NCBI GenBank assembly: GCA_963697895.1
Contig: OY969100.1
Coordinates: forward strand, 1,984,001-2,048,000
Direction of reading: 5' to 3'
From: an uncultured Methanomicrobiales archaeon
GTDB lineage: Archaea > Halobacteriota > Methanomicrobia > Methanomicrobiales > Methanospirillaceae
DNA length: 64,000 nt
Numbering within the stretch: the first letter of the stretch is position 1; each line of letters begins with the position of its first letter. Under the pieces are notes generated by a model that searched no databases, was not told the DNA's origin, and saw only the letters and a program-made list of their open reading frames with translations. This document shows positions 41,190-51,560 of the stretch, one piece after another. A program made the translations under genes and the position numbers.

Positions 41190-41837
41190 TCGCCATGCGG
41201 GATGCACGCACCCTCACGATTCACGACCCCGGATCTGCACTCAATGGACTCTATCCCCGGTAACATTGTAAGTCCCTGAACTCCTTGCCCGGTTTAGGGA
41301 AGAGCGGGAGGAAAAACGCAATGTGTTACGGTGAAGGATATCAGAACCGGTTTCATACCGGGCGGAAAGATCCTTCCCTGAATCCGGATCCCTCCCGACT
41401 CGCAATCGGACCGTTCCTGATTTATCCATATTTGGGTCAGGAGGAGCGGATGAAGGATTGTGCCATCCGACAGGTGTCGGTTTGCGTTACCCTTTCCGGA
41501 GAAGAGAATATAAGGGGTGAACGACCAGGGGACACGGCGTCCGGTGTGGTGAATGTCACCACAAGGGCACCAGCGTGTCAGAAACTGTTCATTTCCCTGA
41601 GTTTACCGGGCCAAGAGGGAGATATCTTTGATTGAAATATTGCCCCTGCTCAAAAGCTTTTTATTATGAAATTTTGCGGATCCCCCAACGAACTGCTGGA
41701 TCTGACATACATCGGGGGTATACATCCGAGCCTGTCCCTCAGTAGGACGTAATAGGGATAAGGTTTATGAGGGGCATACGACCCTGCACCGGGCTCGATG
41801 CCGGATTTTCAAATGCGCTGCAGGGGGTAATTCCACA

Positions 41838-42185
41838 TCAGCTGCCGCACTCATGCGTGTGGTGGCAGCTGCTCTCTCCCGGGGTGATCCGTCCGGCAAT
41901 GAACTCATTGATGACGGTATCGATCGGTCCCCTGATACCGAGATACACCTCGATATTGTTCGCACAGAAGAGGTCCACCGCTTTGGGACCCATCCCGCCG
42001 ACAACCACGTGAGTGACCTGGTGCTCGGCGAGCAGGGCTGGCAATCGGCCCGGCTCATGGCCGGGGTTTGGTAGATCCACACGCTGAGTAATCTTCCCAT
42101 CCTCCACTGTGAAGAGGATATACCCTTGACAATGTCCAAAATGTCCGGAGACCTCGTCCCCGTCCTGTGCTATGGCAACTTTCAT
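41838..42185 (-). CDS. NifB/NifX (COG1433) cluster-binding family protein
   Basis: MKVAIA..VSGHFGHC, PGHEPG, GGMGPKA, C-terminal CHHTHEC. Confidence 0.9.
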   Translation of the reverse strand: MKVAIAQDGDEVSGHFGHCQGYILFTVEDGKITQRVDLPNPGHEPGRLPALLAEHQVTHVVVGGMGPKAVDLFCANNIEVYLGIRGPIDTVINEFIAGRITPGESSCHHTHECGS

Positions 42186-42195
42186 GTGAAAAAAC

Positions 42196-42459
42196 CTACC
42201 TGTTCTGACCGAAAGGGCCCCGGCCCCCGCCGAAACCCCGTCCTCGACCGCAACCGCAGGGGATGCCGCCGCGTCCCAAACCATACACCGGTGCCTGTGG
42301 CACAGTTTCCTGCCCGTTCTCTGCAATCTGCGGGGATGTACCCTGCTGCATGAGAGGTGTCATACGTTCAGCGCTGAAAGAGGCGTTCCGGCATCGTCCG
42401 AAACCCCTCCCTGTTATCTGACCCTGCCCCAAGGGTCCCGTTCCATTTAATCCCGGCAT
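42196..42459 (-). CDS. DUF5320 family Gly/Arg-rich protein
   Basis: MPGLNGTGPLGQGQITGRGFGRC, YGLGRGGIPCGCGRGRGFGG. Confidence 0.85.
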   Translation of the reverse strand: MPGLNGTGPLGQGQITGRGFGRCRNASFSAERMTPLMQQGTSPQIAENGQETVPQAPVYGLGRGGIPCGCGRGRGFGGGRGPFGQNR

Positions 42460-42491
42460 AAGTATCACTGGTAACTCCTTAGAACCATATC

Positions 42492-42508
42492 TACTCATAT
42501 GTGCATAA
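42492..42508 (-). promoter_or_regulatory. Palindromic operator TTATGCACATATGAGTA just downstream of a TATA-like CTTAATTA
   Basis: 16/17 identical to 45119-45135; CATATG core. Confidence 0.65.
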
Positions 42509-42619
42509 ATAATTAAGCCTATCTGATAGGGCAAGTTTTATTCGATTGGTGAACCACGGGGTTTTATCTTTGAATATTGAAGGGACAATTAATTTCAGAC
42601 CAGATATCGTCATTTATTT

Positions 42620-42965
42620 CCGGACAGAAGCCCCTATTTCTTTTCAGGCATATCCCCCTTGGTACGCCGTTTACGCCCTTCAATCTCGATGGTCTTACCA
42701 TTCACCACCGCATCAGCGATTTTTCGTCGGGCTTTATGGAGGTCTCCCTCAGAATTGGTTCTTTTGATAAGCCGTGTTTTCCCGGGTCGCTGGTTTTTGG
42801 TCGAGCCCCCGGAGATCGACCAGATTTAGCGGTGCCAGCTGGGAAAGCGTTACGAACGCAGTCTGCTCGTGGGTTGCATTGATGAGGTTAGAAGCGGGGA
42901 GCAGCGCTTCCTTGGCAGTCCGGTTCACGCGAGGTCACACTCGACGTTTGCAGAAACCGCCTCTT
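42620..42965 (-). pseudogene. Decayed second DUF134 gene
   Basis: 42744-42676 reads DLHKARRKIADAVVNGKTIEIEG (17/23 identical to the intact DUF134); upstream LNLVDLRGLDQ and RRV*PRVNR with stop and frameshifts; boundaries approximate. Confidence 0.8.
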
Positions 42966-42973
42966 TTTCGCCC

Positions 42974-43858
42974 TTATACCGCCTTACTCACCTCAAGTGA
43001 CGGGAGCAGGTTGGCCGCCAGTCTCTGTATGGCCCGTGCCGCCAAAAAAGTGTCATTGCCGGTGATGGCTCTCCGGGCCCTGACCGTTTCGATAACCGCG
43101 GGATCGAACGGGATCTTTCCGATGACCGGGATCCCCTCCTCCCGGCACCACCGTTCGATCATCTCCGTGATGGACATGTCCAGATCAAAGCGGTTGATCG
43201 CAAGAACGATCTTCCCTGTAAACTGCCGGGTGACTGCTGCCACCCGTTTGAGATCATGTAATCCCGAAACGCTGGGTTCTGTCACGATAAGGATGACATT
43301 CATCCCCGTGATGGTGGAGATGAGGGGGCAACCAGTACCGGGAGGTCCGTCGATCAGCAGGAGATCGCACCCCTTGTCCGCCTGAAGGGCGGTCTTTTTC
43401 ACCTCATGCACAAGCAAGCCCGAGTTTCCTGCTCCTGGACGGAGGCGTGCATGGGCGAGGTCTCCCACTGAAGTCGAGGATAGGCAGATCTCTCCGCATA
43501 GGCGGGGTTCCATGCGGATCGCGGCCGTGGGACAGACATGGGCACAGACAGCGCACCCTTCGCAGCGGGCAGGGGTGATCCGGTATCCCTGCTCATCATC
43601 AGCGACAACGGCGTGGAAACGGCAGAAGGCACCGCATGCGCCGCAACTTGAGCAGAGTGCGGGATCGATGACTGCGGCATTCATCCCATAGAACGGTTTC
43701 ATCCAGATACGCTTCGGTGCAAGGAGAATGCCAAGGTTAGCCGCATCCACATCGCAATCCGCGAGCACAAGGCTCCTTGGAAGCAGGTTGGCGAGCGCTG
43801 CGGTGATCATCGTTTTTCCTGTACCCCCTTTACCGCTGATCACCGCGAGCCGGATCAT
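42974..43858 (-). CDS. MinD-superfamily P-loop ATPase with inserted 4Fe-4S ferredoxin domain (COG1149)
   Basis: SGKGGTGKT, DCDVDAAN, CSSCGAC / CEGCAVC..CP, NSGLLV, DGPPGTGCP. Confidence 0.92.
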   Translation of the reverse strand: MIRLAVISGKGGTGKTMITAALANLLPRSLVLADCDVDAANLGILLAPKRIWMKPFYGMNAAVIDPALCSSCGACGAFCRFHAVVADDEQGYRITPARCEGCAVCAHVCPTAAIRMEPRLCGEICLSSTSVGDLAHARLRPGAGNSGLLVHEVKKTALQADKGCDLLLIDGPPGTGCPLISTITGMNVILIVTEPSVSGLHDLKRVAAVTRQFTGKIVLAINRFDLDMSITEMIERWCREEGIPVIGKIPFDPAVIETVRARRAITGNDTFLAARAIQRLAANLLPSLEVSKAV

Positions 43859-44706
43859 CAGTGCACCCCCGTGAGAGCACAGCATCGGATGAAGAGAGCG
43901 AAAAAGCGCTCCTGCCATGCCGGCTCGGCCCGGCAGATCAGGTCTCCATGGTTCTGGACCGCGGCGATCCCCCGATCGAACGGAATTGTCATAAGTACTT
44001 GCAATTCATGCTGTGCGCAGAACTCGAGGGTTTTTTCGTCTCTGCCGTCACTCCTGTTGATCACCACCCCGGAAGGTATACCCATCCCGTCTGCCACCTC
44101 TGCGGCGAGACGGAGGTCGTGCAGGCCGAAAGGGGTGGATTCTGTGACGAGGATGCAGGCATCACATCCGTCCATTGTCTCGATCACGGCGCAGGCAGTG
44201 CCGGGTGCCGCATCATAGATGACCAGATCATCATCTTTTGCCCTCTCCTTTGCCGCCCGGATTACGGGGGTTGCCTGGGGCTTCCCCTCGTCAAGGATCC
44301 CCGTGATGAGTTTCAGCCGGGGTGCGGGGGTGGCGACCGTGATCTGACCGATCCGTGCCGGGTCCTCCCGGATGGCGCCCTTCGGGCAGGCCAGCGTACA
44401 CCCTCCGCACGAGTGACACAGGTCGGGGAAGAAGAGAATCCGGTCTCGGAGCACGGTGATCGCCCCGAACTGGCAAGACTCGGCACACGTACCGCAATGG
44501 TCGCAGACACTCTCTTCAAAGGACGGGATCGGCACAGTCACATTAGTAACCGTGGCAGGTGCAGGAAAGAAGAGATGGAGATTGGGCTCTTCTACATCAC
44601 AGTCCACGAGAGTCACCTCACGGGTCAGGGATACCGAATAGGCGAGGTTTGCTGCCACAAGGGTCTTACCGGTACCCCCCTTCCCGCTTGCTATCGCTAC
44701 CTTCAT
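43858..44706 (-). CDS. Second MinD-superfamily ATPase with 4Fe-4S ferredoxin domain (COG1149)
   Basis: SGKGGTGKT, DCDVEEPN, CDHCGTC / CHSCGGC..CP, TESTPFGLHDL. Confidence 0.92.
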   Translation of the reverse strand: MKVAIASGKGGTGKTLVAANLAYSVSLTREVTLVDCDVEEPNLHLFFPAPATVTNVTVPIPSFEESVCDHCGTCAESCQFGAITVLRDRILFFPDLCHSCGGCTLACPKGAIREDPARIGQITVATPAPRLKLITGILDEGKPQATPVIRAAKERAKDDDLVIYDAAPGTACAVIETMDGCDACILVTESTPFGLHDLRLAAEVADGMGIPSGVVINRSDGRDEKTLEFCAQHELQVLMTIPFDRGIAAVQNHGDLICRAEPAWQERFFALFIRCCALTGVH

Positions 44707-44763
44707 GCGCTGTCCATCTCCGGGACATTGGGCCATTGGACTGCTTGAATGCTATTCTTACCC

Positions 44764-45099
44764 CTACCCCGTACGCTTTAGGGTATTTTCCTTAAACTGC
44801 CCGTATGCGTCCCGGACGGTCCCATTGCCGCGGTATGCGTACATTGCAATGCCCGCCGCGACGAGAACCTCGTGGGCGTTTCCGCCTACCTGACCGCTGA
44901 CAAGCGCTTTTACCCCGCGATCGATGAGTAGCTGGGCGGCTTTCGGACCCACGCCTCCGGCACCGGCTGCGAACTGGTTCTCATGCGCCTCGATAGTATT
45001 GCTATCGGTATCGATAAGAATAAAGTACGGAGCGCGTCCGAATCGCTCTTCTGCCGGGGCATCCAGTGTCGGTCCCTGAGCAGTAATACAAATTTTCAT
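44764..45099 (-). CDS. NifB/NifX (MTH1175-like) family protein
   Basis: MKICITAQG, RFGRAPYF, GGVGPKAAQ, GQVGGNA. Confidence 0.9.
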   Translation of the reverse strand: MKICITAQGPTLDAPAEERFGRAPYFILIDTDSNTIEAHENQFAAGAGGVGPKAAQLLIDRGVKALVSGQVGGNAHEVLVAAGIAMYAYRGNGTVRDAYGQFKENTLKRTG

Positions 45100-45118
45100 T
45101 TGATAGTTCTCCCAATAT

Positions 45119-45135
45119 TACTCATATGTGCAAAA
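45119..45135 (-). promoter_or_regulatory. Palindromic operator TTTTGCACATATGAGTA just downstream of a TATA-like TTTATCTA
   Basis: 16/17 identical to 42492-42508. Confidence 0.65.
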
Positions 45136-45300
45136 TAGATAAACATGCTGATGATATTAACCGTACTGAAGTCCTATCATCATATGAACGAAAAAGAGCA
45201 GAATGAAAGATAAAACCTCCAGGAAACACACCCCCGGGTAGTTTATCGGATATGACGATCGGAGAATCCATCAGGTCACGGTAAGAAACAACAGGTGCGT

Positions 45301-46158
45301 ATGACATCGGAGCTTACGATTACAATACTGGTCGACAATAATACCCTCATCGACCGGTATTTTTTCGGGGAACCCGGCCTCTCGCTGCTTGTCGAAGTGG
45401 ACGGGAATCGAATCCTCTTTGATACCGGTTATTCGGATATATTCATCAGCAATGCCGGAAGGATGGGAATCGACCTCCTGACCCTCGATTATGTGGTCTT
45501 TTCCCACGGTCATCTGGACCATACCGGAGGGTTCCCGCACCTTCTCCGTCACCTTACGGAAGCGTCGATCGAGGGGGTATCGCATCCGCTGCCTGAACTC
45601 ATCACCCATCCCTATGCTTTGTACCCCCGGCCGAAACCTCCGCTCCCGAATATTGGCTCCCTCGTAAGCAAAGAGGAAGTGGCACGCCACCTCCCCGTCA
45701 GGACAAGCCGGAAACCGGTTTGGCTCACCGAGAATCTGGTCTTCCTCGGGGAGATCCCCCGGAGATTCCCGTTCGAGGAGCAGGACCCTGGGACGCGAAA
45801 GATCGTGATGCCGAACGGCAATATGGAGCCGGATCTACTCATTGACGACTCTGCACTTGCATATCGCTCGGAAAAGGGTCTGGTTATTATTACGGGTTGT
45901 TCCCATGCCGGGATAGTAAACATCGTCACCCATGCACGTCAGGTCTGCGATGAAAAACGGGTGGTGGATATCATCGGCGGTCTGCATCTGCAGAATGCGC
46001 CGCAGGAAAAGATCGAGGGAACCTGTGCCGGTCTGTCCGGCTTGGGTCTCCATGCCCTCCACTGCTGTCACTGCACCTCACTTCCTGCAACGATCGCTCT
46101 TGCCGGGTGTTGCCCGGTCCGGGAAACGGGTGTGGGGCTTTCAATCACCTACCTATAA
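45301..46158 (+). CDS. MBL-fold metallo-hydrolase (COG1237 type)
   Basis: LFDTG, SHGHLDHTGG, GCSHAG, GGLHL, CHCT. Confidence 0.9.
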   Translation: MTSELTITILVDNNTLIDRYFFGEPGLSLLVEVDGNRILFDTGYSDIFISNAGRMGIDLLTLDYVVFSHGHLDHTGGFPHLLRHLTEASIEGVSHPLPELITHPYALYPRPKPPLPNIGSLVSKEEVARHLPVRTSRKPVWLTENLVFLGEIPRRFPFEEQDPGTRKIVMPNGNMEPDLLIDDSALAYRSEKGLVIITGCSHAGIVNIVTHARQVCDEKRVVDIIGGLHLQNAPQEKIEGTCAGLSGLGLHALHCCHCTSLPATIALAGCCPVRETGVGLSITYL

Positions 46159-46198
46159 GTATCGAGGCCGGGGATTTTCAAAAAAAAAGGTATTGATC

Positions 46199-47899
46199 TT
46201 ACCGGGCCGGTATGATCAGGGAACGCTCTCCGGCGGGCATGAACTCGCGGATGGCACCCTTTGCGAACTCGCGGCGTGGCTCGGAGAAGTCGAACTTCAG
46301 GGACGGGTCTGCGAAGCAGATCTTGATCAGGGGGGACAGTGCCCATGCGTCGCCGCGGCCGATATGGGCTGCGCCGGCGATTGCGGCATATTCTCCCTGG
46401 TGACCCACGTTCATCGCGTAGTTCGGGTAGTTCGGTCCACGGAGCTCGCCGACCGCACCCTCGTCGGGTCGGACAGAGAGCGAGTTCGTCGAACCGCACT
46501 GGTCCTGCAGGTCGTAGCCGAAGAAGCCGAGACGTGACCATCCTTCCTTGTGCAGGAGCATGGACATGTACCAGCCGTTCAGGCCGGCATTCGAGTTGCC
46601 GGTTGCGATTGAAACCGACAGACCTGATGCTGCGGCCAGGACAGATGCACGCTGGGAACCGCCGAAGTGGTCCTCGAGGGCGGTCGGGAAGCCTTCATAT
46701 TGCTCCATACCGTACATCGTTACCTCACTGGCAATATCGTTGACATTCTCCTGGGTCGGCTTGAGCCGGTCTTTCTCAGACGGCATCGCAGCATTGACCT
46801 TGTACTTGTCCTTGATGTAGTCCATACCGTAGTAGGTGTAGTCGTCAAGGATGTTGTCCGTGTATGCTGCGGTTGCATACTGGGTGAATCCGACACCACC
46901 GGACATGTAGGACCCGAGCCAGATCTGGTCGAAGAGCATGGTTCCTGCTGCGACGATCTCGAGGGACGCACGTGCCGGGTCGTTCGGGTACTTCCGGTCG
47001 GTCTGGATCATGTCGGCGAAGTTGCCGAACTTGATGCCACCGGGTTCGTTCGGTCCACGGGCACGGCGGGCGGGCAGGATGTCTGCCATCTGGATAACAC
47101 CGGCGTGCTTTGCGGCGAATGCGAGGTCCGCGACTGCGGCCTCACCGGCACACATCCGGTACGCACCGATGAAGGACATACCGAGCTGCATGGCGGACCA
47201 CCTGCTGGTCGTACCGCCATCACAGGTACGGGAGACGATCGTCGGGATGTGGATCGCCTGCCACAGGGACTTGCCGATCGCTGCCTTTAACTGGGCAGCC
47301 TGTTTCGCCGGGAAGAGCTTGTCGAGCTTGATGACGAACTGGGGCTCGAGTGAGTCGGCCATCTCGTCATCGCCGGTGAATACCTTACAGTAACAGTCCT
47401 CGACGAGGGAGGGGTGGGTCTCGACCATGTGTTCCTGGACGACGGCCGCACCGGGCATCGCGTGGTTCAGCACGTGGAGGTATTCGTTGATCGTCTCCGG
47501 GGTGACTTCCTTGGAGAGACGCTTCTGCAGGGTCTGGTGAGCGAGGTCCATGTTGACGATGATCGTCCGCCGGATATCGTCCCACATCTGCTGCATTGCG
47601 GCGTTGTTGACGAAGTGGAGGTCGTCACCCTCGACGAATACGCCGGTGGTGCTGACCTCATAGGGTGTCAGCTTGCGCTGCCCGAGCGGGATACCACCAA
47701 GGTGGCAGCGCACGGGGTCGTACATGCTGATGCCGCGGGCCATCGCCTCTTTCTGCCCTTCTGCGACGAACTCCATCTTGCGGGCGGACTGCTTGAGCCC
47801 CTCTCGCGCATAGAACGTGGAGGTGGACGCCGGGTCTTCGGCGAATTTCTCTTTCAGCGCCTTCAGGAAGAGCTTCTGGGATCTCTCAATTTTTGCCAT
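46199..47899 (-). CDS. mcrA: Methyl-coenzyme M reductase alpha subunit
   Basis: [54 protein letters not shown]. Confidence 0.99.
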   Translation of the reverse strand: MAKIERSQKLFLKALKEKFAEDPASTSTFYAREGLKQSARKMEFVAEGQKEAMARGISMYDPVRCHLGGIPLGQRKLTPYEVSTTGVFVEGDDLHFVNNAAMQQMWDDIRRTIIVNMDLAHQTLQKRLSKEVTPETINEYLHVLNHAMPGAAVVQEHMVETHPSLVEDCYCKVFTGDDEMADSLEPQFVIKLDKLFPAKQAAQLKAAIGKSLWQAIHIPTIVSRTCDGGTTSRWSAMQLGMSFIGAYRMCAGEAAVADLAFAAKHAGVIQMADILPARRARGPNEPGGIKFGNFADMIQTDRKYPNDPARASLEIVAAGTMLFDQIWLGSYMSGGVGFTQYATAAYTDNILDDYTYYGMDYIKDKYKVNAAMPSEKDRLKPTQENVNDIASEVTMYGMEQYEGFPTALEDHFGGSQRASVLAAASGLSVSIATGNSNAGLNGWYMSMLLHKEGWSRLGFFGYDLQDQCGSTNSLSVRPDEGAVGELRGPNYPNYAMNVGHQGEYAAIAGAAHIGRGDAWALSPLIKICFADPSLKFDFSEPRREFAKGAIREFMPAGERSLIIPAR

Positions 47900-47904
47900 C
47901 GTAA

Positions 47905-48669
47905 TCACTCCGTCGGCATAAAGCCGTATTTGGTCCTCAGCGAGTGGATACGCTGAATATACTCAACGTACTCCTTGTCGTCACGGAATGCGACACCGCC
48001 GTTCGAGTTGAAGATGGTGGTGTGCGCCTTGAGCCACTTCGCGTCAGCGGGCTTGCCAACCTTGACCTCCTTGTCGAGGGGCTCACCGATCTGGTTCTTG
48101 ACGTACTTCACAATGCCGGATTTCTTGTCGAGGAGGCAGCGCTGGAGCATATCAAACATCATCCCGTCTTCACCGAGACGGAGCGAGTGCCCGTGCACCG
48201 TCGCACCGCGGACACCGGTAAGTGCCGGGTCAAAGATCTCGGTGTTGACGAGTTCCTTCGCGTACTTCTCGAGGTCACGTTCGCGGCACTCGACGATCTG
48301 ACGTCCTGACAGGGTTCCCGGGTCGACACCGCGGAACCGGTATGCCTCAAGGTAACTCCGCTCGTACGGGTGGCAGGGTGCAAACCACATCGAATCCGTA
48401 AACTGGATGTACCGGATACGGTCGCCGGCCTTCGCGCCGTCGGTCGGGGTCACCATCTTCCGGATCGGGCATGCCGGCTCCTGCTGCTCTGCAAGGGGCG
48501 GGTGGGCGGTCGGATATGCTGAACCCGGGGCACGGTGTCCCATGATCAATACAATATCCTCATCCGACACATCACGTATCTTCTCAAGCTTATGGGCTGG
48601 GTCCATGTACTTCCGCCTGTTCTCGGCGACTGTGGATGAACCGGGTCCATACTGTGCTTTGTAAGCCAT
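47905..48669 (-). CDS. mcrG: MCR gamma subunit
   Basis: [27 protein letters not shown]. Confidence 0.98.
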   Translation of the reverse strand: MAYKAQYGPGSSTVAENRRKYMDPAHKLEKIRDVSDEDIVLIMGHRAPGSAYPTAHPPLAEQQEPACPIRKMVTPTDGAKAGDRIRYIQFTDSMWFAPCHPYERSYLEAYRFRGVDPGTLSGRQIVECRERDLEKYAKELVNTEIFDPALTGVRGATVHGHSLRLGEDGMMFDMLQRCLLDKKSGIVKYVKNQIGEPLDKEVKVGKPADAKWLKAHTTIFNSNGGVAFRDDKEYVEYIQRIHSLRTKYGFMPTE

Positions 48670-48676
48670 TATTTCA

Positions 48677-49312
48677 TCACTTCCTATTTTGGGATGTTTT
48701 CATCAGTCTCAACACTGCGTGAATGACTTCTGCCATTTTCTCCCGAGTGGGCGTCTGCCCCCGCGTCACACCACTAACGATCGCCATGACCGTCCCTTTT
48801 GTCCGGATTTTATCCGGCGGGGGCATGACGAGCGCGGTCCTGACACCTACTTTTGCAAAGTCCTCGAAATCAACCGGAGCCTGGGAAACGACAACCGCCT
48901 GCACCTCGCAGGCCGAAAGGATATACCGTACCTTGTGCACCACGTGAGAACGGACGTTTCCATGGTGTAGGATTGCAATCCGATGCTTCTCGATCTGCCT
49001 GACTTCCTTCTCGGTCAGGCCAAAGCCTGCACCGAGCACCGCTCCTCCGATGTTTGGCGCATCCGGTGGCACCCCGCTCCCTGCATTGAGAACGATGGTG
49101 CTGATGCTGTATTCTATTCCCTGTTGCCGTAATGCCGAGGTGATATCACAGACCGGTTTGGTCACGTGCCGGCGGCCGGGGGACATCCCCACTACAATGA
49201 CATCCGGATACCGGGTCTCCGATATCGTGCCACGCTGGGCGATCCCTCCGCCTTTTCCGGTACCCATCGCCTCACGGCAATCGACTACCTGGGTGACTCT
49301 TCCCATCGGCAT
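48677..49312 (-). CDS. mcrC: MCR operon protein C
   Basis: VVDCRE..GKGGGIAQRGT, SPGRRHVTKPVCDIT. Confidence 0.96.
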   Translation of the reverse strand: MPMGRVTQVVDCREAMGTGKGGGIAQRGTISETRYPDVIVVGMSPGRRHVTKPVCDITSALRQQGIEYSISTIVLNAGSGVPPDAPNIGGAVLGAGFGLTEKEVRQIEKHRIAILHHGNVRSHVVHKVRYILSACEVQAVVVSQAPVDFEDFAKVGVRTALVMPPPDKIRTKGTVMAIVSGVTRGQTPTREKMAEVIHAVLRLMKTSQNRK

Positions 49313-49314
49313 GG

Positions 49315-49785
49315 TTATTTCGTTCCCTGAAGAATGATCGGACCGCTCCGACTCTTTGGATCGGCCATTCCAATAATAGCCTTGTCGGCATCGGGTCCGT
49401 ACTTTGCATAATCTGTCAATGATGCCTCGGTCTTCATGAACCGTCCTTCCGTCATCTGATAAGTCAGGTCAGAAAGGATCAGGTCGCATGCGACTTTTAT
49501 CGCGGGTATAACATCCTTACTTTCGAGTTCAAGTATGATCGTGCCAACATGGACCTCCAGTTCTATCTCCTGATCACCCACATGAATCTCTTTCCTCATC
49601 TCGTGAGGATTCGGGGTACCATGGGCCGGTCCATAGGGGACGGCAGGGGGGAGGCTTGGTCCGTTCAGGACCATCCTCCTCACCCCTTCTGTGGTAACGA
49701 TCAGGTTCAGGAGCCGTTCAACCCGCTCCGGGTTGATAAGCCGCATGGGAACGATTCGTACCTGAGGATATATGGCGTCTGTCAT
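49315..49785 (-). CDS. mcrD: MCR operon protein D
   Basis: PQVRIVPMR, GPSLP..VPYGPAHG, TDYAKYG. Confidence 0.95.
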   Translation of the reverse strand: MTDAIYPQVRIVPMRLINPERVERLLNLIVTTEGVRRMVLNGPSLPPAVPYGPAHGTPNPHEMRKEIHVGDQEIELEVHVGTIILELESKDVIPAIKVACDLILSDLTYQMTEGRFMKTEASLTDYAKYGPDADKAIIGMADPKSRSGPIILQGTK

Positions 49786-49801
49786 TCGTATCCTGAGAGA
49801 T

Positions 49802-51109
49802 TTACGCGGATTTTGCGATGGTCTGCATCGGCTTCTTGAATTCTTCAAGCTGGCCGAATGTGTCCTGGTAGATCTTCGAGGTCGCCTCTGGTCCGAACAT
49901 CTGGGTTCCTGCATCGAGCGCACAGGCGGCAACGATACAGGGGATACCTACACCGGCCGCATGACGGGTCACGACGTGGTTACCGTTGAAGACTCCGGGA
50001 CCGCCGCCACCATAGATCGAGTGGCTGAAGAACGAGAACCCAACCGCGACACCCATGACTCGCCCGAAGTCACAGCCGGGGAGACCGGTCTCGTGCTCGA
50101 GGAGATCGTTGAAGTACAGGAGGGTCGCAGATACTGCCTGCGCAAACCGCCCGGCACCACAGTTCACCATGGTTGCCGCAAGCGTTCCCGCTGCCGCATA
50201 GGCGTTCCAGAGCATCGGGTCCTTGGTATCGTAGAAGATATACCCGGACTTGCCCTTCTTGCCTGCCTTGATGACTTTGTCCTCAATGGCACGCTCGACA
50301 AGACTCTGGACGACGGTTCCGATGGTTCCGGTCTTCCCGTTCTTCTTGACGAGGTCGTAGACGATGTTGTTCGCGTTCAGGCCCTGGTATGCATAGAGAA
50401 GCAACTGTGCACGCTCGAATGGCCCGATTGCCATACCCATCTCGAACTCTCCCGCATGTTCGAAGGTGGACGAGAGTGCCGATGCCTGGATGGCATTCCG
50501 GTGGGTCATCATCGCCGCATGGTTAGCGGGGATGTTCCTGAGCGCATAACCGAGACCTTCGTTGTTCTGGGGGATGGAAAGGATCGAGACGATGTTTCCG
50601 CCCTGCATGTCCATCGTCTGCGGGTATGCACCCCAGACGCAGGACTTGACAAACGCCCCGTCGAACATGCCGACCTTGTACTGCTCGATTATAGCATAGG
50701 TCGTAGCCGCTGCAACCGCAGTCGATGCCGCATCATAGGTTGCGGCTGCCTCGAGGCGGGAGCTGGGGACTTCGACGAGGAGCATCTTGCCGCCGCCGAC
50801 CTTCGTGATCTTGGTGTTGTCCCCGTCGGTGACCGAGACCATCTTCTTGATCTTGTCGGAGAGGGCATCCACGTCCTTTACGACGTCTGCCTTGATGCTC
50901 CGGCCAAGGATCTGTTGGTCCTTCCCGATCTTACCGGTCTTTAACGCATTGTCGATACCGGCGACGTTGATGGCTACCGTCCTCTTGGTGAGGTCGATGA
51001 TCTTCTTTGCACCCGGGTTGATCAGGGGGCTGATCTTTTCGAGGGTTACACCACTCTTTAACAGTTTTCCCTCGTCATCGTAGAGGTCTACTGTCTCTTT
51101 ATATTTCAT
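49802..51109 (-). CDS. mcrB: MCR beta subunit
   Basis: WGAYPQ, EGLGYALRN, FSFFSHSIYGGGGPG..GNHVVTRH. Confidence 0.98.
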   Translation of the reverse strand: MKYKETVDLYDDEGKLLKSGVTLEKISPLINPGAKKIIDLTKRTVAINVAGIDNALKTGKIGKDQQILGRSIKADVVKDVDALSDKIKKMVSVTDGDNTKITKVGGGKMLLVEVPSSRLEAAATYDAASTAVAAATTYAIIEQYKVGMFDGAFVKSCVWGAYPQTMDMQGGNIVSILSIPQNNEGLGYALRNIPANHAAMMTHRNAIQASALSSTFEHAGEFEMGMAIGPFERAQLLLYAYQGLNANNIVYDLVKKNGKTGTIGTVVQSLVERAIEDKVIKAGKKGKSGYIFYDTKDPMLWNAYAAAGTLAATMVNCGAGRFAQAVSATLLYFNDLLEHETGLPGCDFGRVMGVAVGFSFFSHSIYGGGGPGVFNGNHVVTRHAAGVGIPCIVAACALDAGTQMFGPEATSKIYQDTFGQLEEFKKPMQTIAKSA

Positions 51110-51560
51110 AAATTTTCCTCCAAATAGTCTATTTCGCCACAATATACGTTACGTTTACTGAACACTGAGTGTGCTGGAATTGAACGCTGACAGGAGATGT
51201 CGGTGACTATGCACGTCCCCTCACGGGACATCAGATAATACTATATGTCGTGATATAAGTATTCCGATCTGCATTCAAATAATATTTTATATAATAGTAT
51301 TAAAATATTTATGAAAATTAGGGGAATATTCAAATATTAGATATATTTTTGGTTTCAAGTGTTTGGGGAGTATTACGATTTTTAAAAAATATGTGATATT
51401 ATGTTATTGATATCGACAATTTTTCAGAAAATCCGTTGCGCTTCCCGCTTGGTGGGGAACACATTTTTCACCGATTTTTGAAGGAGATCGGGTAAGGATA
51501 CAATGACATGTTCTTCAGCTGAATCAGTACCCACCCGGAGATGCCGCTCAAAAAAAAATA

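Noticed and set aside
41190-41830. ORF 41285-41635 or a possible ncRNA between atwA and NifX
   Set aside because: Non-ATG start, no recognisable motif or SD, and no convincing repeat or structure
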